The position numbers and the translations under genes are program-made. 64,000 bases of DNA from the human T2T-CHM13v2.0 reference genome, Homo sapiens: NCBI RefSeq assembly GCF_009914755.1, contig NC_060939.1; one strand, 5' to 3'. The notes under the pieces are model-generated. The model was given only the letters and a program-made list of their open reading frames with translations. It did not search any database and was not told the DNA's origin. The number at the start of each line of letters is the position of its first letter. Positions within the stretch are counted from its first letter, which is position 1. This document shows positions 30,794-43,679 of the stretch, one piece after another.

Positions 30794-31921
30794 TACTAGA
30801 TAAACACAAGTCAAAGCCCTTTTTAAAAAAGAAAGCTAAATTACTATGCTAGCTGGTCAAAAATTTGTAAGTTACATACCAATCCAAAAAGTAAAGCAAT
30901 AATTTTAAACTGTTGGGGAATATTCAGGTGATTAAAAAAAAAAACTAAGTATTTATCGAACATTAATTATGTGTAAGGCATTGTGTTTACAAACACAAAG
31001 AAACAAGGCATACATCATCCCAAAAATTACTTTGTCTTCATCCTGTTATATAAAACCAGAAAAACAGGAATGTTTGCAATGAAAATGACTGAAATATTTT
31101 TTGGTGTAATCCATTTAAGCAAAAAGCCTAAATACAACGTTGGCCTGATGTGCCAGGGTTCCAATTAATAATTTTTTATTATGAAGGGTCTCTGAAGGTA
31201 AAGCTTGGAAGAAAGGTTTAAGAAAAAAAAACTGGTAACAACAAAAAAACTTTAGAACAGAAACCTCAAGGAACAACTTTCTAGGTACTGCCTGTATTCA
31301 TTAGAGATGTATTAAAGTACAACAGGCTAAAATAAAAAAAACCTATTATGGAAGTAGAAGAGGCAGGTAGGTTTAATGTGTGTATTGGAGAGGGGTGGAA
31401 CTCTAACTGTCCAAATTAACCATTAAAGTCCAGTATACTATCAGAGTCCAAAGGAAACTAGTTTTTTACTTTCTTTCTTGAGCAGTTCTTTTTAGAAAGA
31501 CTGACATTATTCACATTGTTTCCTAGAGATCTTTAAACAAAGAAGGGAAAATTTACTTACTACTTTAAAATAGATTAAAACTCATTATATCTTATAATTA
31601 TTATGTGGGTCTATAACAGAATCCTTTTATCAATCTAAAATACATTATGGGATGTTAGTGGCTTTATTTTTCCTACATCTTGAAATATTTTGCTAACTCC
31701 ATCATTCTAGGTATTATTTCACCATTGTTCATCAATTAATCCCAACTATGCTAAAAAAATAATAGGACTGCCTAAAAGAATAATACAACAGTGAAATAAA
31801 TCATGACTAATGCATTAGCCTTAATTGTTCTCATTTATTTTCCAGTTTTCTTATAGTTTTGCAAAAATATTGCATCAATTTTCAAAGACATATGGAAAAC
31901 TGAAGACATTTTTGTAGTCTA

Positions 31922-32742
<821 letters not shown>

Positions 32743-33162
32743 TCTGTTTCTAGTTTTCACTGAATACAATTAAGAACTCAGACTTTATTTTCTGCCCAAA
32801 ATGGAAGAGAAGAAAATTAACAGAGGAAGGCATTTCACAACTATTAGACGAACCAGAAGATTAACACAAAGATAGACAGCAGCACTTTAGACTCTTAATG
32901 ATGGTAGTGAAAATGACTTTATAAGGGAAATCTCAGACTGAGTCCTTGGATGAGTTACTTTAGATAAATTCCCTCAAACTTAATCAATGAGAGAATAACG
33001 TATTTCTAAAAACAAAAAGGAAATACGGCATTCTCATCCAGTGGGAAGAACTTCATCACACAATATTTTTACATTAAGAATATGGACCATGCTGTTCTGC
33101 TCAAAGAAAATGTGACAGTCTTTCATCCTTTACAAGTGTGTGCTAAAATTTTACTTAATACA

Positions 33163-33447
33163 TTTTTTTTTTTTTAAGAGACAGGGTCTCACTCTGTCAC
33201 CCAGGCTGGAGTGCAGTGACACAATTGCAGCTCACTGCAACCCAGACCTGAAGCGATCCTCCCACCTCAGCCTCCCAAGTACCTGGGACCACAGGCACAT
33301 GCCACTACACCCGGCTAATTTTTTATTTTTTGTAGAGACAAGGTCTTCTTATGTTGCCCAGGCTAGTCTCAAACTCCTAGGCTCAAGCAATCCTGCCTTG
33401 GCCTCCCAAAGTGCTGGGATTACAGGCATAAGCCACCACACCCGGCC
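33163..33447 (-). repeat. AluJ inside the piggyBac fossil
   Basis: Alu consensus, TSD-like ttaataca/ttgataca. Confidence 0.9.
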
Positions 33448-33812
33448 TTGATACAACGCTTAAGTGCCCAAGTATTGAATGCAGGGGTATGCAAAGGTGA
33501 CTGGAAGGAAATAGAAAATATAGACATTTTAAAAAATTCATTGGATTGATCATTCTAGTTAGTTGCTCATAAATCTGAAATTGAAAAATCTTGCAATTGT
33601 GGAGCAAAGAAGATGGCCGTCCTGTCTTCAACAAAATTATGAACCATCAAAGGTTTCAAAAATTCTTCCAGTATTGCATTTTGATGATGTACATGCAAAA
33701 AGACAACCCAGAAGGAATGACAAGCAAGAACCTATCAGGGAAGCATTTGAAATTTAGAATCAGTATTTATAAGACAAATAGTTCCAGGGTCATGTATGAA
33801 AGTTGCTAAGTA

Positions 33813-34169
33813 CAGACAGTCTCCAACTTAAGATGGTTCAACTTACAACAATTTTCAACTTTATAATGGTGTGAAAGTGCATTCATTACTTCCAGTACTC
33901 ATACAACCATTCTGTTTTTCACTTTCAGTACAGTACTCAATAAATTACATGAGATACTCAACACTTTATTATTAAAAAATAAGCTTTGAGTTAGATGATG
34001 TTGCCCAACTGTAGACTAATATAAATGTTCTGTGCATATTTGAGGTAGGCTAAGCCAAGCTACGATGTTCAGTATGTTAGGTGTATTAAATGCATTTTCA
34101 ACTCATGATACTTTCAACTAATGATGGGTTTATCAAGGATGTAACCTATCGTAATTCAAGGAGCATCTA
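33813..34169 (-). mobile_element. MER47A (Tigger-family MITE)
   Basis: TIRs cagacagtctccaacttaagatgg / atcgtaattcaaggagcatct, flanked by a TA duplication. Confidence 0.85.
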
Positions 34170-36349
34170 TAGTTAATTCCATTCAGATGATGTTGCCCAT
34201 TTCAGGTAGAAATACCTTCAAAAGGTGAAAAACATGAAATGAAAATCTGAGCAACAGGTGACAATGAAATATGATAAGCTTGGACAATGCAGATCTACAC
34301 AGAGATTGGGAAAAGGCATGAAAGTAGAATCAAGATTGATATATACGAAATGACAGAAAAATTTCAAAATTCTGTCAGACATATAACTTGTGACAAATTT
34401 TTTACAAATTTAGACTTGGCTGAATATCACACAGCATCAAACTCTCCTTAGTTGGCACTGTTAGGAAGAACAGCATTGAACTTCTGTGAATTTTCACAAA
34501 TGGAAAAGCAAAAGAAGTCAACTGCACAAAATCTGGATTTCGAATATAATTCATGATTCTTATTGTCCTAAGGAAAACTATACCTACTCTTCTCAGCTCA
34601 GTGCATTCTCAACCATCAATGAATTTTAAAATCCTTGCATAAATTAATCTGAAGTGATCTGTATTACAAAAAGACTACAGAAGTGACACATTCAAAAAGT
34701 GGGTCAGAAACAATACTTGGAAGAGAATGATTTGAAGATGGCTTATGACTGATATTAGTTCAGAGTATACTTTCATTGTACGGGAAAAGCTTCAGTTACA
34801 AAACTGGAAGTTACCAAGAAGAAATTCCTCATGCAACTAGGAAAATAACTTGCAGAAAATAGGAAGGGAATGTTGTCTTACCCTCTAACCACAATGATTT
34901 CTGCACAGATCTGAAAATGGGAAGAAAGAAAGATGTTCTTTGTACAGATACAGAAACTCAAAAAGAAAAAAATGTGTGTTACAATGAGAATGTTTATGCA
35001 AAGCGTTCAAATGTGATGTATATTTGTTGTAGGAGTGTTATGTAATTAAATGCATGAAATAGATTTTTTATTTTTTATTTTTCTAAGTACATACAAAGAT
35101 ATCTGCTGTATTTAAATTCTTATTAAAAGCTCCAATAAGTTGTTTTACATTATGCTTTATTTTTACTCCTATAAATTATACATAATAACGTAAAATGCAA
35201 AAAAAACCAGTCCCTTTTGACCCAGATGATAGTGATAATTGTACACTTTTCCTCGTATACTGAGGGTTAAGAGAATCCTTAAAATTGCTCTGGAGAAATA
35301 AATCAAAATTCTAAACATACAATTTTTGATATAAGGCACTGATTAAATCAAGTCATTATTTAAATCACTATTTAAAGCAATCTGAAAATTCAAAGTTTTT
35401 AATTCCTTTCTAAAGCAAGAAAAAAACTATTCAGGATTTATATATTTAATTAGTGAATATGTCGTAAGTATTCCTCATCTTCCAAAACTTGCTTTTGGAA
35501 TAACAAAGTATGTTGTCAATAGAAATATCCAATTTCCTGTCACCTAAAACTACAGTTGACTTTTCATTTGTGAAAACTGCTATTTCAGTGAGCCAATGCT
35601 GATTAATAGAACACTGGAATGAAAAAGGACTGGATTAGTAGCCTAACTGGACAGATGTTCCAGTTGAAGCACTTGCAATCCTCCAACATCAAACTACTTC
35701 AGAACTTTTCTATTTACCATAGCTTACTATGGCTAAAATGGTCCTAAGCAAACTTTCAAAGAAGGCAAAGCTTTCTGACATCTACTTTCTGCCTCCTCTC
35801 TCCTAGTCTCCCTAGGCTCTGATGCCAACACATAGAAGCATTCCAAGTTCCCTAAAGTAGATGGGTTAGTATTTCCTCCAGAATTGTCTCCACTTCTTCT
35901 TCTTCCTAACTTCCAAAGCCATACCTAAACGACTGCTCCCAACTGTGTTTATCAGATTACTGCAGGTAAATTCCTACCAACTACTAATGCCAAAATATCA
36001 CACCACAAATGACTTGCTAATTGCAGAAGGAAATGCTTACAATGGAAAGATAGCTTGTCACCACCTTATCTAAGAGATCAAATTTAGGATTATTAATAAG
36101 ACAAGCCTACTTTATGTGCCTTTGGATGTTGTATGCAATGAAGCATACTGCATGGCTTATGAAGTATTCCTGTCAAAAAAATATTAAACCTAAATATATT
36201 CAAGCCTTTAGACCCAAATCCAAGTTTAGAGAAAACAGAGAGGATAGGGGGAACAAATTTAAACACTATCAGGAGGAACTATCACTAAAACATGGAATAT
36301 GGGTTATTCTGAAAGACTACAGACCAGGTCTCTTCAAAAGGTCAATGTC

Positions 36350-36660
36350 GCCCAGTGCTGTGGCTCACATCTGTAATCCCAGCACTTTGGGAGGCCGAGG
36401 CAGGTGGATCACTTGAACCCAGGAGTTTGACACCAGCCTAGGTAACACGGCAAAACCCCATCTCTACAAAAAATACAAAAATTAGCTGAGTGTGGTGGCG
36501 TGCTCCTGGGTTCCCAGCTACTCAGGAGGCCGAGGTGGGAGGATGGCTTGAGCCCAGGAAGGAGGTCAAGGATGCAGCGAGCCAAGACTGCTCCACAGCG
36601 CTCCATCCTGGGACACAGAGCAAGTACCTATCTCAAAAAAAAAAAAAAAAAAAAAAAAAA
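36350..36660 (+). repeat. AluJ
   Basis: Alu consensus with poly(A) tail. Confidence 0.9.
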
Positions 36661-37023
36661 GACTGAAAAGGAATTTTGAAGAAATGGGGGGAAATGTGAA
36701 TATATACTACACCACGTTAGATTTTAAGGAATATTCTTCACTTTCTTAAGTGTGATTGCGGTATTGTTACACAGAAAAATGGCCTTGATCTCTTACAAAA
36801 TACATACTGACACACATACAGCATTTAGGGCTGAACTGTCATATCCGTAATGCACTTTGAAACGTTCAGAAAACAGAATGTGAGATAAGTGGAAAAATGC
36901 AAATATGGCAAAAAGGTAGCGTTAAAACTAAGTGTTCAAATGGGCTATTTAACTTTCCAATATTTTCGAAAAAAATAGCAAGTTGCAAAGTTAAGAAATT
37001 AACTCGAGAATAAAAATATAAAA

Positions 37024-37140
37024 GCCAGGCTAGATGGTGCACACCTGTAATCCCAGCTACGGAGGCTGAGGTGAGAGGTCAGCTTGAGCCCAGGAGTCTG
37101 AGACCAGCCTGGGCAACATAACAACCGCATTTCAAAAGTA
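37024..37140 (+). repeat. FLAM Alu monomer
   Basis: Single left-arm monomer. Confidence 0.75.
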
Positions 37141-38249
37141 AAGTATAAAAATATCAACGAAAGGGCAACTGAGTAATGTTTCTTAAAATCTTTAAGTGAG
37201 CCTCCTTGCCTATTCTCATCTACCTCATTCCCACAAAAATGGTATATACTAGAGTTGAGCACCGGAGAAGGAGTCAGAAGACCTAAGGTTCTATTAATAT
37301 AATTGGCCTTGGCTCTTCCTAGTCAGTGACCTCATTAAAGTCCTCTCCCTGAGGCTCTGTTTCCTCGCCTGCAAAATGATTCCAGCAACCCAGACCACTT
37401 CAAAAGGGGCTAAGAGATACAAATCAGGGGTTATCAATGAAAGGCACAAAAGCAAGACACAATTACAACAGTATTTGTAGTGATGTTAAAACATCAGAGG
37501 CACACAGCCCTAACAATGGTATAAGCAAACCAGTGCCTTCCCTGGTTAAGTTTCTGCGTGGAGACAGCTGGAGTTGGCACAGCAGTCCCCCAAAGCAGGA
37601 CACCTTACAGATGCTAAGAGGCAGCTTTTGTGCTTTAAAACTGTCCTTCTAGCGTTCCATTTTATGTTTCATGGCATTAAAAAAGACAAATTCTGTCCAA
37701 ACCTGAAAATAAAGCCAAATATTTAAGATGACAGATTTTTTTTTTTTTAACAAATCTTCGCAAACAAAGGCCTTTGGCCAAAGGTCTCCCGTGCTTGCAG
37801 AAGCGGGTTCACCTTGACGTTTTTCCTCTCCAGCAGATTTCTCCTTAAAAGCGTTAAAACTTGAGATAAGTTGGGAGGAATTCCTTCCATCGCTGGAGCA
37901 GGCTAAAACCTCAGAGTGAGATCATTCTTTCCGTCTCAGTAAGTGAACCTTGCAAAGCTCAGAAAATTTTGTCTCCAACTCCACGTTTCTCCTCAGGGCC
38001 CTTCTTCTGTAGACAATAACGGGAATTCTATGGCAGAGGAGGGGAGGTCTCTTTGACAAAAATGAGGGTGCAAACGTGGAACGACCGGTCATCTGGGCAA
38101 AATGAGGGGCCCTGTGCCTGCAAATCCCGAATCCCCTTTGGTCTCCTTTCCTACGACTGAAGAGACACGGGGGTGGGCTGTGGTGTGAGGAGCATGGGTC
38201 TTGGCCAAACATCGGCACAAATGTACCAAAGGGAGTTGCCTCCAGAGAG

Positions 38250-39120
38250 AAAAGCCAAAACCAGGCTGGGGACAAACAGGCGCACACGCCTGGGAGAGGA
38301 GGTGGCGGAGGAGCAGAAGGCGAAGGCCTGCGCGGCCCAGGCCTGCAGCAGCCGAGGCGGCTGCCGCGTCGCGCCGGGATACCTCCTCCCCCGCCTGGGC
38401 CGACGCAAGATGGCGGTCCGGCCGCCGCCGCGCAGCCGGTCTCCTCCCCCGCGCTCTGGGCGCTCCCGACGACCCGCGCCGGCCTCAAGACCCCCAGTCC
38501 AGCGCCCCCGGAGTGAGGCGGCGCAGGCCGCGCGGGAGGGCCTCTGCCTGCTGCAGCGCAGGGCGGGCGGGGGCGGGGGGGCGCTTACCGTGAGCGGAGC
38601 GGATCGGCCTGACTGGAGCCCTGAGGAGGAGGAGAAAGAGGAGGAGGAAAAGGAGGAGCACGAAAAACTACACTGCGGCGACGGCGGCGGCTCCCATTGC
38701 GGAGCTGGCAGCCGAGCCGTGGAAAGGGGGGGGGCTCTCGTGCAGCCGGCGCGCTGCCTCATGGGTAGGCTCCGGGTCAGCCTCCCCGTGTCCGAGCTCC
38801 CTGTCTTCTCGCCGACGCGGGAGGCGGGCACCGGCATGTGCGCCGCGTCGCGGGCCCTCGAAGACCCACGCGCCCCGCCACGCGCCGGTCCGGGGCGAGG
38901 GCCAGGGCCCTGCCTCCATGTGGGTGCGAGCTGCTGGCTGGTGTGGCCGGGAGGCAGCCCCAAAATCCGGACTGCTCGGAATTTGCAGGCGAGGAGCCGT
39001 GCGTTCCGGGCCCTCCGCGTGTGTAACGACCCCCAGTCCGTTGGCTTGGAAAGTGAAAAGGTCATGGGATACAGCCGCCGTTCGAAAGAAGCAAGGGGCC
39101 TGTGGGTCGAAGACTAAACC
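38250..39120. promoter_or_regulatory. ZNF280D: CpG island promoter of ZNF280D
   Basis: Only GC- and CpG-rich stretch in an AT-rich window. Contains GC boxes and a YY1 motif CAAGATGGCGG at 38406-38416. Confidence 0.9.
38589..38720 (-). other. ZNF280D: ZNF280D first (non-coding) exon; 5' end/TSS approximate
   Basis: Strong minus-strand donor ACG|GTAAGC (plus gcttac at 38583-38588) inside the CpG island, upstream of the coding exons. The TSS cannot be fixed from sequence. Confidence 0.75.
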
Positions 39121-40612
39121 AGGAGAGAAAAAGGAATCGTCCGTTTCTTTAAATAACGAGCTGATTTTACCAAGTCTGTTTTAAATGTGTGGTTTTGCTT
39201 GCGTTCCCTGTCGAAGTCAAATACGAAGAGACGAATCTGTACATTTAGCGTTTTATTTGGGACACAGGAATTGCAAGTTCAGGTTATTTACACATACAGG
39301 GTGGTCTTCAGTATGTCAGAAGAACAAAGAGGAGTTAGGGGGTTTTATTTTTTAAAAAAAGTTATCTATTGTTTTTCTAGAAAGTTCGTTGACATTTAGT
39401 AAAGTTTTGGGTAGCTGGTTAGTTCTGATTGGTGAGGGAAGGGGCTTGGTAAAGCTTGCCCTACAGCTGCAGCAGGTTCTTTGAGAAGCTAAAACCTGAA
39501 GATAAAACCTGTTTCAGGTTACAGCAGGCGGTTTCAGCAGCCAGGCTTGCTGAGAATTCCATTCTTAGAGCAATGTTATGTGCCCTGAGGGCTTCCCCCA
39601 GCACTGGCTTCTCCATTCTTTTAGTTGGCTATGACAAGAGTGACCCAATTAGAATGATTAACTTGCACACTCTAATTCCTAACTCTGCCATCTGCATATT
39701 AACCTGTAATAGCATTTTTTAAAGTTTGACAACGAGAAGTATAAGAAATTTACAAGAAGAACACTTGCCAAGATACTGCTTGCGTAAATACTTGCTAAAG
39801 GTTGTATTCTGATCTGTAAGGAAAGTTTCCTAAACTGATTGTCTTCTCAAGAGCAATGGCATTACTGGTGCAGCTTGTGAGTGACCAAGACTTGAAATCT
39901 TGCCTGTTAGGATCCATAACAGACACCCTGTTCAATCACTGAATCTTGCTAATTCATCTTCCTATTCGAATTCAGTTTCTTCTCTCTCATCTGGCTTTCC
40001 CCAGTTTTTCTCAAGTGTTTATCATTACTGTAGTCTCCATATTGATTACTGCCCCCAAATTAATCTTCCCCAAAGACCACCTGGATCACTCCTACAGATC
40101 TGGTGTACTTGGAGGTAACCATGACCTATCCTTCTCCCACATGGGCCTGGGATCATCTACCCAGCTTTCCCTTTTCTGCTGGCCCTGAAAAATAAACTTT
40201 ACAGGAAAAGACAGAAAATAGTCAAAACAGCAAACATGGAAAGTTTAAAAATTCCAAAATCTTGGAACATTCTTAAGACATCGTTTTTCAAATGTCCCTA
40301 AAGGTTAGCAAAGCATGCTACAGTGTCAGGTGAAATTACAACAAATTTAAAGATCTCGGTTGGCTTTATTGCAATTCTAGATTCAGGCACCACTTCATTC
40401 AGTAAAACAGAATAGGTGTTCCCATGAATGGAGCAGATGTGGTTGGCTTTATAGACAGAAAATGGGCTGAAGAAAGAAGAAACAACAAAAAACAAGTTGG
40501 TCTTTTCAAAGTTACTTTCCTTGTAAGGTGGGGCACTGAGACAGAATAATAGAAAGAAAACTGATTGGTTAATACCAGGTTACTCCAGATTAATATTGTA
40601 AGAACAACAGCA

Positions 40613-40773
40613 GCCAGGTGTGGTGGTGTGTACCTGTAGTCCCAGCTACTGAGGAGGCTGAGGCAAGAGGATTCCTTCAGTCCAGGAGTTCAAGGCTGCA
40701 ATGAGCCATGATCCTGCCACTGCAGTCCAGCCTGAGCAACAGATCAAGACCTTGTCTCAAAAACAAACAAAAA
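40613..40773 (+). repeat. FRAM/FAM Alu monomer
   Basis: Single right-arm-type monomer with A-rich tail. Confidence 0.8.
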
Positions 40774-40982
40774 CGACTTAAAACAGGGAACTTCATTATC
40801 ATGGGGATTGAAGGTTTAAACTGGCCTGTTTGGGAAATTAGGCTGTTATCTCTCTCCTGATTTCTCAGAAGGCCACATAACAACTCAGTTTCAGTTTTGT
40901 GAGCATGGGTAACTCCATGTTGGTTTTTAGTCTAGTCTGCTGGGGCTTAGTGCAGGAGTTTGGTCCAAAATAATGGCATCCT

Positions 40983-41330
40983 CATAAAAAGGAATGAAAT
41001 AATGGCAGTTGCAGCAACCTGGATGTAATTGGAGGCCATTGTTCTAAGTGAAGTAACTCAGGAATGGAAAACCAAACATTGTATGTTCTCGTAAGTGGGA
41101 GCTATGTTATAAGGATGCAAAGACATAGTAATGATAGAGTGGACTTTGGGGACTCCGGGGAGAGCGTGAGAGGGGAGTGAGGAATAAAAGACTATACATT
41201 GGGTAGAGTGTATACTGCTCGGGTGATGGGTGCTCCATAATCTCAGAAATCACCACTAAAGAACGTATTCATGTAACGAGACACCACCTGTTCTCCAAAA
41301 ACCTATGAAAATAAAAAGTAAAAATAATAA
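40983..41330 (+). mobile_element. L1PB-type 3' end
   Basis: L1 3'UTR sequence with TSD aaat(a/g)atggcatcct on both sides. Confidence 0.8.
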
Positions 41331-42386
41331 AATGATGGCATCCTATTATTTTTATTTATAACAGGATGAAAGAGAAGATTGCACTCTGTATTCTAGAGTC
41401 TAGTCCTCACTTTGTAGAGACAAAAGCTCAATGTTGCCAGTCTCCAGAACTAATTTGAATCCTGGGGGATGATTCATACCAACCAAACTTACTGAGACAC
41501 ATGTGTAAGCCAAAATTGCAATTATTTTTTGTTGTTGTTCATGAAAAACACAACTGCCATGGAGACCAAAAAGCTGGTTAATGTATTTTCATTCAAAGGA
41601 ACATTTACGTGAGAGGCCAAATTACAAAAGATGACTCATGAGAATAGAATCAGCACACAGGAAGTTATTTGGATGATTCTGACATCGTCCTTCAAACTTC
41701 TGACATCATACGCCCTTGGCCTCTAGAACGCCGTTCTTTTGGTTCTCCTGACTTACGGTCTGAGCTTTCCCACCATTTTTTATGAGCTTCTCTGACTTAC
41801 ATTCTCAGCCTGTTCTACATGTTACACACTTGCTATAGATATCCTCACGGTACTCATTCTCCTTAAGTGAGATTATGCTCCACATCCTTACCTGAATTAT
41901 TGCAGTGAATATGGGTGATCTCCCAGCTTTCATTCCACAATTACTTTGTGTTCATCCATGCAATTTGGACAGACGTAATACACCGCACAGCAGGTCCAAG
42001 AATTGTCCAACTGGCCAAAAGTTATCAGAGTTACCCTCACCCTTTGAACTAGTTTTTGTTTCAGAGGCCAATCAGAGGGAAGCCTAGGATTTTTGTTTTA
42101 TTGCAGAGAATACAGAAGTTCTTTTTTTTCTCTGAATGGTATGGCATTCAAATGTAAATACTGGAAGAGCTACATTCTCCCTCTTTTTTTTTTCTTTGCT
42201 ACTAAGTAGAGCCAACTGAAAATAAAGCCAACACGTGAAGGAGGAATAGCTGGGAGAATCAATCATAGGGAAAGGAAGCCAATCCCTGAGAGAATCATAA
42301 ACCTTCAAATAAAACATCACCGGAACCCATACTGCCTCTAGACTTTTCTGGTTTATGAGCTAATAAATCACCTTTGTTGTTTAAGC

Positions 42387-42925
42387 TGAAGGGATCCAGA
42401 ATAAGCCATTGTGGCATAAAAATTATTTTGAGCTGAATATGTTTATGTTCCTGAAATCCCTTATCTACCTAAAAGCAGAGCCTTTCAAAAGAACCCAAAA
42501 GAACTCAATTGTTATAAATTCCCTCCAGGGAGCAACCAAGGAAGATTGAGTCACCGTCAGAGACTATGAGAATGTCACCACATCTAAACAGACATTGTCA
42601 AAACAACTATGATATCTCCCATCTATTCTCCAAAGGGCCCATTTATCTTTCCCAAAAGTCATTTCCGTAAGTGCCCTTTCTGCTCCTTCCCCTTCTAAGA
42701 AGTCATTTGTTTTCCCATAAGTGCTTTTCTCCCCCTCCCCTTCAGGGAAGTATATCAGTCTCTAAGCCCCAAATTCTAACCACCCTCTGGAGTCAACACT
42801 TCCTTGTGATCTCCTTACGTACATATGTGATTAAAATCTGTCTTCTCTTGTCCTTTGTCAGTTTATTCACAGGCCCCCAATTATAGAACCTCAAAAAGTA
42901 GAAGAAAAGTTTTTCCTCCCCCACA
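42387..42925 (+). mobile_element. ERV1 solo LTR (MER34/MER39 family) inside an older MaLR LTR
   Basis: tgaagggatccagaat...attattttgagctgaa ... cccaca, with 4-bp TSD aagc/aggc. Confidence 0.7.
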
Positions 42926-43679
42926 AGGCCAATTTGAGTTGAATTTTCTCTTACCTGCAACTGAAATCATCGTTAAGTGTGACAGAGATAATGATACATA
43001 TTCACCATCTTATTTTCCTCTTTGCACCCAGGAAACCTATGTTTCCCAGCTTCCTTACCTTTTATATTGGGCTGTGTAACTAATTCTGGACAGTGGAATG
43101 TAAACAGAAGCAGTGACCCTCCCATGCAAGCCTGACCTTAAAACTTCCAGTAATTTATAGTTCCTATTTGTTTTTCACACACCAGTCAGCTAGATACAGA
43201 AAACTCTGAGAAGCTGGGGGATGGCAGCAACATTATATAGAAGGACTCTGGGTTTCTTAAAAATTGCATCAACACACTGATCCTCACTGGACTGATTGGA
43301 GCAAAAAATAAACCTTTATTGGGTTAAGACCCTGAGATTTGAGGGTGGTTTGTTGCAATAGCTCAAATCACTAACTCTGATTAATAATAGTGATGGCCTA
43401 CAATGATAAAAACTAAAATGTGTGTCATTAGCTTAGCACAGCAATCAGGTGGGAATCGAGGAAATAGATGTAGGAGGGTGGACAGCTGAAGGTTCACTTT
43501 AGGCAGTGGCTAAACTCTTGCTTACAATATCTCACAAGGCAGATTAGTATCTACATAACTTGTAGAGCTAAGGGAAGAGTTCAGAAAGCAATATTAATGG
43601 TAGAGGTTGGTGATTTTTGATATTTTTAGCAAGATGTTATCAGAAGGAGATTAGCATAGAACAGAATTAACCAGTTTAT

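Larger units (their letters stand above)
40324..41363 (-). mobile_element. ERV1 solo LTR (MER67-like) containing an Alu monomer and an L1PB 3' end
   Basis: TG..CA ends and the motif ggggcttagtgcaggagtttggtccaaaataatggc. Confidence 0.7.

Noticed and set aside
37922-39184. Long overlapping ORFs in the CpG island (314 aa +, 304 aa -, 188 aa -)
   Set aside because: They are low-complexity Arg/Pro/Gly/Ala translations on both strands, expected from stop-codon scarcity in GC-rich DNA. They show no domain similarity and cross the exon-1 donor.
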